Of a stretch of 64,000 bases of DNA, positions 47,338 through 54,467 are shown in pieces; the first letter of the stretch is position 1, and the number at the start of each line of letters is the position of its first letter. The stretch covers positions 66,340 to 130,339 of the forward strand of contig CAZOZI010000002.1 in assembly GCA_964584265.1 (NCBI GenBank), in the 5' to 3' direction. A model generated the notes under the pieces. That model saw only the letters and a list, made by a program, of their open reading frames with translations, ran no database searches and had not been told where the DNA came from. The translations under genes and the position numbers were made by a program. This stretch comes from an uncultured Candidatus Saccharibacteria bacterium (GTDB lineage: Bacteria > Patescibacteriota > Saccharimonadia > Saccharimonadales > CAYVSP01).

Positions 47338-48594
47338 TTATTCATTTAACAGCACGGCACGCCTATAAAGTTCATGTTCTGGTGTTATCCGATTAGAAAG
47401 CGGTACTTTAACAATTGACTTTTCAGGTATCGGTAACTCAATAGTTTCACCTGGTAAACCACGATCCGCTATGCTAACTGCTACTCTGGCTTTATCTAAA
47501 ATAGAAGTAATTTGTAGAACACCATTTACTGAGGTGCGTCTATTAGAGACATCCTCCACAATGATGAGCCCGTTGGATGCCTCAACCAATTTTTGATCTT
47601 CTTCACTTCTATACTTGAACGTCTTTACGCCAGGTCCTACTTTTTCTTTTTGTAGATAAACAACGTCCAAACCCATATGCACCCCCAGCAGTAATCCAAG
47701 CTGATTTGCCCCATCTGCTACAGGTACGATTAGATCGGCTTTAAACGGTGCTGCCATCCGCTCAAGTGAGTTTAAGATCAGTTTTAGTACTTTAGGGTGT
47801 CTATAAGCTTCTTCGAAATCCATTTTATTATTAGAAGTCTGGCCTCCCGCAAATGTCCATTCCCCACTACGTTTTATCTTAAAGAAACCGATGTCGAGAA
47901 GGGCCTCAAGTACTCGCTCGGATTCTGCAGGTCTTATGCGATCAAAATCACCAGGTACATTATCGCTTACCCAAAGTTGCCCAGTATCTTCGTCCATTTG
48001 ATAGAGTGAATGGTATTGAATTCCAATTCGTCCGAGGTTAGCTGCGGCTCGACCCTGGCTTCTATCAACTAAGGCAAATGCATCTTTTACTTCTCCGCCA
48101 TTTTGACGCAGCATGTCAGCCATAGCCGCAAAACGCATACCCGAAAAGACGCTCCCAGCCACAACTAAGACATCCTGCCCGTCTACGCTTGGACCATGCA
48201 GCCCATATCCATTTTTAATATCTCTTGGGACTGAAGGATCGTCTTTGTCGAGAACAACCATTGTGTAGGTAGCGCCCTCGAAAGGACTGCCGCGCATAGC
48301 ACCTGCCAATGTCATGGATAACATGGCACCAGCAACGGTGCTAGCAGCAATTCTACTATAGCCCGTCTTGTTGCCTTCACTGAGCCCGTATATAAAAGCC
48401 AGTCTGCCAGCTTCTAGGGCAATGCCTCCCTCGCATATCGCTCTAGATGAATCAAAATTCCAGTTTGAGTACTCGCCTGGTCCATAACTTAAAGGCGTGT
48501 CAAAATGCTCAACTGCTGTATCTTGCAAAGTTTGGCCAAACGCAATTAAAGGATGTATCTCAGAAGCTGAAGGTGTTATAAGGGTTTTTGGCAT
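47338..48594 (-). CDS. Tandem phosphoribosyltransferase-like (OPRT-type) domain protein
   Basis: 418 aa with two PRTase-like loops (VLVVAGSVFSGMR and LIIVEDVSNRRTS). Confidence 0.45.
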   Translation of the reverse strand: MPKTLITPSASEIHPLIAFGQTLQDTAVEHFDTPLSYGPGEYSNWNFDSSRAICEGGIALEAGRLAFIYGLSEGNKTGYSRIAASTVAGAMLSMTLAGAMRGSPFEGATYTMVVLDKDDPSVPRDIKNGYGLHGPSVDGQDVLVVAGSVFSGMRFAAMADMLRQNGGEVKDAFALVDRSQGRAAANLGRIGIQYHSLYQMDEDTGQLWVSDNVPGDFDRIRPAESERVLEALLDIGFFKIKRSGEWTFAGGQTSNNKMDFEEAYRHPKVLKLILNSLERMAAPFKADLIVPVADGANQLGLLLGVHMGLDVVYLQKEKVGPGVKTFKYRSEEDQKLVEASNGLIIVEDVSNRRTSVNGVLQITSILDKARVAVSIADRGLPGETIELPIPEKSIVKVPLSNRITPEHELYRRAVLLNE

Positions 48595-48607
48595 GCGCTC
48601 ACTTCGA

Positions 48608-49420
48608 TTAGCTGTTTTCCACTCCCCTCTTCGCGGCTCTTATAACATTATCAAATAAAGCGCAGACTGTCAGTGGGCCGACACCTCCCCTAGTGGGTGT
48701 TATCGTCAAATCTTCGCGCTCATACACATCTGGCGCTAAATCGCCTACTGTTATGCCTGATTCACTCGCCACCCCAGCATCGACTACTACAGCACCTTGC
48801 GTGATCATATCTGAGTATAAAATAGCAGGGCTGCCTGTGGCAGTGATAATGATATCCGCCTGTTTTGTGTGTACCGACAGATCAGGTATACCTCTTTCTA
48901 CAACCTCAACATTAATACCAGAACTCTTTAGCATACGCTCTAAGGGCGCGCCAACTAGCTTACCACGGCCAATTAGTAGCACTTTTTTCCCAGTTAAATC
49001 AACGTTATATCCAGACAGGAGCCACAGTATAGCCATCGGTGTAGCGGGATCAAACTTAGCGTTTTTGCCCAGAGCATCTACATCTTTTTCAGGTGCAACC
49101 ATGTTAACAATTTCTTCGGTCTGGCTAGTATCTGTTATAGGTAATTGAACAATGATGCCATGGATTTTTTTATCTTGATTAAGTTTTTGCAAAAGTTTTG
49201 CAATTTCCTCTTGTGAAACAAAATGTACATCAACATCAACTAGAATGTCAGCACCATACGCTTTTTTCAGTTTTACATAAGTATTTATAACCGGATCATC
49301 TTTGCATTGAACAATAGCTAGCTTCGGTTCAATATCGTGGGCTTGCCTTAAACCACGGACAGTTTTGGACTGCCGCTCTTTGATAAAATCCGCTAGTTCT
49401 TTACCGTTTAGTAGTCTCAT
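48608..49420 (-). CDS. folD: Bifunctional methylene-THF dehydrogenase / methenyl-THF cyclohydrolase
   Basis: I prefer ATG at 49420 (MRLLNGKELADFIKER...). The track start at 49606 adds 62 non-FolD residues that overlap Family A copy 5. Confidence 0.88.
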   Translation of the reverse strand: MRLLNGKELADFIKERQSKTVRGLRQAHDIEPKLAIVQCKDDPVINTYVKLKKAYGADILVDVDVHFVSQEEIAKLLQKLNQDKKIHGIIVQLPITDTSQTEEIVNMVAPEKDVDALGKNAKFDPATPMAILWLLSGYNVDLTGKKVLLIGRGKLVGAPLERMLKSSGINVEVVERGIPDLSVHTKQADIIITATGSPAILYSDMITQGAVVVDAGVASESGITVGDLAPDVYEREDLTITPTRGGVGPLTVCALFDNVIRAAKRGVENS

Positions 49421-49490
49421 CTGTGCTATTGTAACCCAATATTGCAAAAACAGGGGTAATTTGCTAAAGTTCCCGTAGTTTGACCAAATC

Positions 49491-49656
49491 AGCTTGCTTG
49501 GCTTTAGGCTAGTGCTAGGAAAGCCGCTGTTTGTGAGGTCAGTTGTATATAAATACTGCTGGCCGATCAAATCAGCGAGATTAACACCGCAATAGTCAAA
49601 GAGCACAAACAGAGTTTTGACTCTGTCAAAAGCAGGTTTGTGCGGCCAAGCAAGTT
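49491..49656 (+). repeat. Family A structured intergenic element, copy 5, ending 2 nt before tRNA-Lys
   Basis: 166 nt. P1 AGCTTGCTTGGC/GCCAAGCAAGTT, P2 CGCTG/CAGCG, P3 GTAT/ATAC, P4 GCACAAAC/GTTTGTGC. Confidence 0.7.
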
Positions 49657-49658
49657 GA

Positions 49659-49735
49659 GGGCCAGTAGCTCAGCTGGTTAGAGCACCTGCCTCTTAAGCA
49701 GGGTGTCGAGGGTTCGAGTCCCTCCTGGCCCTCCA
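49659..49735 (+). tRNA. tRNA-Lys (anticodon CUU), CCA encoded
   Basis: Hand-folded from GGGCCAGTAGCTCAGCTGGTTAGAGCACCTGCCTCTTAAGCAGGGTGTCGAGGGTTCGAGTCCCTCCTGGCCCTCCA. Confidence 0.92.
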
Positions 49736-49759
49736 AACCCGCCCATGCTTGCAAAATGA

Positions 49760-50140
49760 ATGACTCAGTATCAAGATAATCGTATGAGTGACGCAGAAAG
49801 TATATTAGAAGGTGACCCAACTGTCGGTCATGATCCGAGTGAACCAGCTGAAGACGCCGTGTTGGCAGCACAGTTACTGAGTGATTTGGCAGCAGTAGGA
49901 ATTAATTTTAGTACAGGCTTCATACCTTACGGTGGTGGCTTTGCCCAGGGATGGGATCGAGTACATAGTCTAAGAGGTCGAGACGGGAATACCTACAATG
50001 TTGAATGGTTTATTCAACAGCTGAGTGCTTCCCATGAACCGAACGGCCGACCAGATTATGTAAAAGTAAGCAGTGTCATCGGAATATGGTCTACGCAGCA
50101 TGCGGTAAGCCAACCCATTCATCCTTCACAAAGTGCTTAG
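49760..50140 (+). CDS. Hypothetical protein
   Basis: 126-aa ORF with an ATG start, followed by a terminator hairpin. Confidence 0.45.
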   Translation: MTQYQDNRMSDAESILEGDPTVGHDPSEPAEDAVLAAQLLSDLAAVGINFSTGFIPYGGGFAQGWDRVHSLRGRDGNTYNVEWFIQQLSASHEPNGRPDYVKVSSVIGIWSTQHAVSQPIHPSQSA

Positions 50141-50209
50141 CTTAGTTCGATTAGCGTTACTGTGGCCGTCCACCACACTTTAATAACAAACTTCATTCGC
50201 CATATTAAA

Positions 50210-50255
50210 AGGCAGCCCGTGTAAGTGTGTCCCAGTCAGGCTGCCTCTTTTAGTT
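50210..50255. terminator. Bidirectional terminator hairpin between convergent genes
   Basis: AGGCAGCC ... GGCTGCCT stem flanked by AAAA on the left and CTTTTAGTTTT on the right. Confidence 0.55.
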
Positions 50256-50275
50256 TTATTTAAATAGTGTGTTAT

Positions 50276-50917
50276 TTATTTACTAAGTTGGCGTCGGCGG
50301 CTGAACAGGTAGTGTCCGATAGCTGACAAACCAGATACCGATAGTGCTGCTGCAGCTACACCTGATGGGCCAGTACTTGTCAATTCAGCAGGGTGAGTGG
50401 TAGAAGCTGGTGTTGCAGTAGGAGTAGTTTTTGGTGTTTTAACTTCGCACTTAAGACCATGCCCACCTACGTAAGCGTTTAACAAACGACCTGGTTCAAA
50501 TGGCAAGTGCCCGTTAGGACCGGTTGGGTTCAAGCCCAAAGCCAGGTCAACTTGGTAGAAACACTTTGGTACATTAACGGTCATTGTGTGCGTACCAGGC
50601 TTAGCATTTTTCAGTTTGGCGTCCGCAAACAACTTCTGATCTTCAAGGGGGTATGGGTTACCATCTTTGTGTGGAATGGTGAAGGCACTAAGCACAAAGT
50701 CCTTACGACAGTTAGAATCGCCAGATACCTTGAAATCTATACTTATAGTATCGCCTTGGGCATTAGTGCCTTTAACGAAACCTTTGCCAAGACCTTCTTC
50801 TGTAAACTTACAAGTTGGCGTATCGCCAGGGTTAGCGAATACCTTCGCTGAAGCGGTCATGCCGGTAGCCAAAGCTACACCTAAAGCGAGACCTATAACT
50901 AAATTACGTATTTTCAT
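50276..50917 (-). CDS. Sortase-anchored surface protein (LTSTG sorting signal), paralog family S
   Basis: 213 aa, highly similar to the N-terminal domain of 37795-38763. The C-terminus is LTSTG, a TM helix, then RRRQLSK. Confidence 0.7.
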   Translation of the reverse strand: MKIRNLVIGLALGVALATGMTASAKVFANPGDTPTCKFTEEGLGKGFVKGTNAQGDTISIDFKVSGDSNCRKDFVLSAFTIPHKDGNPYPLEDQKLFADAKLKNAKPGTHTMTVNVPKCFYQVDLALGLNPTGPNGHLPFEPGRLLNAYVGGHGLKCEVKTPKTTPTATPASTTHPAELTSTGPSGVAAAALSVSGLSAIGHYLFSRRRQLSK

Positions 50918-50961
50918 AAACTTCCTCTCCTTAATGCGCCAGTCCTCACTAGCTTATGAAC

Positions 50962-50990
50962 ATTGTAGAACATAGTTCTAGGATTGTCAA
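50962..50990 (-). promoter_or_regulatory. Near-consensus sigma70-type promoter of 50276-50917
   Basis: On the minus strand: TTGACA, a 17-nt spacer, then TACAAT. Confidence 0.55.
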
Positions 50991-51015
50991 GTATATAATA
51001 TAAAATGCTTGTTTT

Positions 51016-51045
51016 AAAAAGAAAACCCCTTAAATAGGAGTTTTC
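51016..51045 (-). terminator. Intrinsic terminator downstream of 51082-51930
   Basis: Minus-strand stem GAAAACTCC/GGGGTTTTC followed by TTTTT. Confidence 0.55.
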
Positions 51046-51081
51046 TTCGTCTATAGAAAGACTAGTTATTGTTATTATTGC

Positions 51082-51930
51082 TCATGAGCCTATGATTCCT
51101 CCTTTCTCCATGGCATTAATTAGCCGCGTTAACCCTATACCGCCACCTGAGCGGGGGAAGAAGTTAAGCTCCAAAAACTCATGTAATTCTTTTTCAACCC
51201 GTTTTTTACCGAACAGGTCAAACAATTTTTGGGCATACTTACCCTTACTAATGGAGTAAAACCCTTTTGTCATTTCTACCGCGTCGTTACTTCTTTCGGC
51301 ACTCCCAATAGTCTCATGACCGTGCATAATGACGTCTATCTTGTGGGCGTGGCTTTTACCTTTCTTTTTCATGTTCCAAAAAGGCGATGTGTAGACAGGG
51401 AAGTCTTGGCAAAATACGATTGGACCAAAGTCAGCCTGCATACGGCCTTCGTGGGTGTGTGTAAGTTCGCGAGTTTTATAATGACGAGCTAGCACGTCAT
51501 ATTGCTTATAGTGGAAGTCCTTACGGCTACCAAAGCCAAGGTGTTCTAATAGCTCGGTCTCGAACTTTTGTAAGTCCTTAATACTGCCCTTGATCTCGAA
51601 CTCGAACATAGGGAAGATGAGCTTATGGCGGCCAGGTACAGGGTTCTGTTCATTACGGTAGCTAGTACTCACACAGAAAACACCCGGCAACTGTGGACGT
51701 GTAAGCAGTTCATACTCCAACCACATCTGACCGGTTTGCGGTAAAGGCCATAAGTTACCAGCGTAGTTATAGGTAGCTACAGTATCTGGGTCCTCGCAAG
51801 CAGCTAATATGCTTAAGCGATCCTGAGTACTTACCTCTACGAAACCCTTGCTTAAACAAAAGCTACGCAACTTATTGACTACCTTGCTAAAGGCAAGGCT
51901 ATCATCTACTCCTCTATAATTGTTTACCAT
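51082..51930 (-). CDS. Class II aaRS catalytic-core paralog without an anticodon-binding domain (asparagine synthetase A / AsnRS-paralog type)
   Basis: 282 aa with a motif-2-like STSYRNEQNPVPGRH and a motif-3-like GGGIGLTRL. Confidence 0.55.
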   Translation of the reverse strand: MVNNYRGVDDSLAFSKVVNKLRSFCLSKGFVEVSTQDRLSILAACEDPDTVATYNYAGNLWPLPQTGQMWLEYELLTRPQLPGVFCVSTSYRNEQNPVPGRHKLIFPMFEFEIKGSIKDLQKFETELLEHLGFGSRKDFHYKQYDVLARHYKTRELTHTHEGRMQADFGPIVFCQDFPVYTSPFWNMKKKGKSHAHKIDVIMHGHETIGSAERSNDAVEMTKGFYSISKGKYAQKLFDLFGKKRVEKELHEFLELNFFPRSGGGIGLTRLINAMEKGGIIGS

Positions 51931-52172
51931 TTATACCCTCCTTATGTTGATTTACTTGAGCACCCCCGCACGTTGACAGCCCTTTGCCGGTGCGGGGATG
52001 CGCCGAATGCATAAAAAAACAGCCCCGTAGGGCTGTTTTGCTGCAAAGATATGGCCGCGTTTTCATGCTCGGCGATATCTAATTTTATGCATTAGGATAC
52101 AACATAGCATAAGCATATCCAGCCTGCCAAATAGATTTGTAAAAGATTGTTAATTTATATCATAGTTAGCAT

Positions 52173-52209
52173 AAACGGAGACCTCTCATTAGTTTAAAGG
52201 TCTCCGTTT
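52173..52209 (-). terminator. Strong hairpin downstream of the KGG small ORF
   Basis: AAACGGAGACC ... GGTCTCCGTTT, an 11-bp perfect stem. Confidence 0.45.
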
Positions 52210-52243
52210 ATTGTAAGTAGTGTGGCTACTTGGCTATGGATCT

Positions 52244-52348
52244 CTAGGAGTTTCGGCGGCGCGCTCGGCCGCTTGCCCTGCCCCCCATACTCGAAATTTC
52301 GCGTTGACGAGCTTTATCCATTGCCGCAAATCCGCGTTTTTTTGCCAT
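52244..52348 (-). CDS. Small KGG-repeat / general-stress-type protein (34 aa), below the ORF-track size cutoff
   Basis: Manual translation gives MAKKRGFAAMDKARQREISSMGGRASGRARRRNS. GGGAGGG lies 5 nt upstream of the ATG. The GFA.MD...REI...GG pattern is typical of KGG stress-induced proteins. Confidence 0.6.
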   Translation of the reverse strand: MAKKRGFAAMDKARQREISSMGGRASGRARRRNS

Positions 52349-52423
52349 AAAAACCCTCCCTTACATTAGTTAGCCTACCTAGCATAGTTGCTTAATACAC
52401 GGTTCACTATTAGATATTTAACT

Positions 52424-52588
52424 ACAAGTTCGCATCGCATGGGCCTGCTGCCCAGCTGAACTGGCCACTCTGCGCATGCTTTTAGCGTGGTGCGATGTCA
52501 GAAACTCCGCTACTCGTTCACCGTATAATCATACGACTCACTCTGTTGCTCGTTTCTTCCTAGCACCGCATCCAAATGCGAAACTTGT
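52424..52588 (-). repeat. Family A structured intergenic element, copy 6 (sense on the minus strand), between the DHFR-like gene and the KGG ORF
   Basis: 165 nt. P1 ACAAGTTTCGCAT/ATGCGAACTTGT (one bulge), P2 AGAAAC/GTTTCT, P3 CGTAT/ATACG, P4 GCATG/CATGC. Confidence 0.75.
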
Positions 52589-52593
52589 ATGAA

Positions 52594-53082
52594 TTAAGCT
52601 TGATTTCGTCGCCAAACTTCAAAATGATAGGTTATAGCATTCTCGGTAATGGGTTCGCTCTTGGAAACAAGCTTAAAATCACGTTCAAACTCAGGAAAGA
52701 ACTTGGTGCAATTAAAGTCACCAGTTAGTCGTGTTAAGTGCAGCTCCTCCGCTAAATCCATTGTGCTTTTAAATAACAGAGCACCGCCCGTATTCCATAC
52801 ATCGGTTTTACAGGTTTTTAGGAATTCACGCCCGTCTGACACTGCTACAAAACCCTCTCGCAGTTTTTCGTGCACCCCACGCATGGCAACATAATTAATC
52901 TTATGTTCGTTCTCATATGGCCGCGAAAGTTCAACGTACAAACCAAAGCCCATGAGTATGTAACCCTTCTTGATTTTGTTGCGGTAGTAGTGCACATCAG
53001 TTGGCACTTTACCTTGCCATGGGAGGCCATGCTCATCTGCAATGCCCCGCTTGCTGTCAATCGCAGCAATAAAACGAATCAT
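52594..53082 (-). CDS. folA: Dihydrofolate reductase-like protein
   Basis: 162 aa. The N-terminal IAAIDSKRGIADEHGLPW aligns to the DHFR IAA...IG....PW motif. Adjacent to folC. Confidence 0.7.
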   Translation of the reverse strand: MIRFIAAIDSKRGIADEHGLPWQGKVPTDVHYYRNKIKKGYILMGFGLYVELSRPYENEHKINYVAMRGVHEKLREGFVAVSDGREFLKTCKTDVWNTGGALLFKSTMDLAEELHLTRLTGDFNCTKFFPEFERDFKLVSKSEPITENAITYHFEVWRRNQA

Positions 53083-53097
53083 AACTTTATTATAGCT

Positions 53098-54381
53098 TTA
53101 TTTTTTGCTCTTAAGAATAATGGGTCTGATATGGTTCATTAGATAGAACGACCCTGTTACAACTAGAATTGGCTCAGATCGCTTCAGAAGAGTTTGATAG
53201 GCTTCAGCCGGTTTGTTAACAATTTCTATGCTTTCAAACCCCAGGCTTTTACAACCTTCTACAATTTTGTATGGATTAATTGATTGTCTGGTAAAATCTT
53301 GCTGGCTCGTAAACGATGTAACAATAAGATGGTCTGAAAAACTGGTTAAGGCTTTGAGGCTAGTTTTTAATCTTAGATTGGAACTCTGAACAAGGCTAAA
53401 TAATACCGCGATTTCTTGATCGCCAAACATGTGCTGCAAGCTCTCACCGAGCGCTTCCAGCTTCTGGCCATTATGTGCGCCATCAAGAATAATAGTTTTA
53501 CCCTCGCGCTGAATTATCTCCATACGTGCTGGAATATAGGTTTTAGCGGTCTCATGCAGCTTTTCAGAACTTAATTGAGTAAGATCATCTCGCTTAGCTA
53601 CAGCTTTATATACCTCTCTAGCAAGCTGCCAGTTACGTCGCTGATATAAAGGCAAACCTTTAGTAATAATATGGCTTTCTAAAGCCGATTCTATCTCTTG
53701 TAGTATTGCATGCTTCTTTGCGCAAACCTCACGGACAACTTGCATGATGGCATCGCCTTGTTGATACATAAATACTAGATTGCTAGTTTGGATAATGCCT
53801 GCCTTCTGTGTAGCAATTTCTGGTAATGTTTTACCAAGAACATCGGTATGATCTAAACCAATGTCGGTAATAATACAGACTTTGTCTGAACGCCTTACAA
53901 CATTGGTTCCGTCAAGCAGGCCACCCATACCAACTTCCATTACCGCATAATCAACTTTTTCTTTGGCGAAATACCAATAAGCAAAAGCCACTAGTAATTC
54001 AAAATAAGTCGGTTTGATATCACTACTTTCAATAATCGCGATCAACTCACTCAAAACCTTGCAATATTGTGCTTCGGGAAATGGCATAAGATTTATCTGT
54101 AACCGTTCATTTACTTCGTCAATATGAGGCGAAATAGATAAACCAGTCTTTTTACCGGCAGCAGTTAATAAAGCAGCAATGTAGTAGCTGGTTGAGCTTT
54201 TACCGGATGTACCAGCAACATGAATAACTTTGAGCTTATCCTGTGGATTATCAAGCACTGCCATGAGCTTCCACATACGCTCAAGTGTGTAGGGCGCGCT
54301 CATAGAGCGTGATTTTGGCACATAACTTGCTAAAGCTTGGTGTACATCGGCGAAATTCTTCAATCTATCCATGCTTGCCAT
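53098..54381 (-). CDS. folC: Folylpolyglutamate synthase / dihydrofolate synthase
   Basis: 427 aa with a Mur-ligase-type P-loop (HVAGTSGKSST). Confidence 0.88.
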   Translation of the reverse strand: MASMDRLKNFADVHQALASYVPKSRSMSAPYTLERMWKLMAVLDNPQDKLKVIHVAGTSGKSSTSYYIAALLTAAGKKTGLSISPHIDEVNERLQINLMPFPEAQYCKVLSELIAIIESSDIKPTYFELLVAFAYWYFAKEKVDYAVMEVGMGGLLDGTNVVRRSDKVCIITDIGLDHTDVLGKTLPEIATQKAGIIQTSNLVFMYQQGDAIMQVVREVCAKKHAILQEIESALESHIITKGLPLYQRRNWQLAREVYKAVAKRDDLTQLSSEKLHETAKTYIPARMEIIQREGKTIILDGAHNGQKLEALGESLQHMFGDQEIAVLFSLVQSSNLRLKTSLKALTSFSDHLIVTSFTSQQDFTRQSINPYKIVEGCKSLGFESIEIVNKPAEAYQTLLKRSEPILVVTGSFYLMNHIRPIILKSKK

Positions 54382-54467
54382 ATTGTACTATTTCTTAATA
54401 ACAGCAGGTGCCTACTAACAAACTCGCGGAGAACCTCAGTAGTTGCGGCTTGTGTCTTTTTAGTGAC

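Noticed and set aside
49421-49658. ZTP or THF riboswitch upstream of folD
   Set aside because: The minus-strand reading of this region lacks the CCGCCUGGGC / GGGUCGUG-type ZTP signatures. The conserved element here is Family A on the opposite strand.
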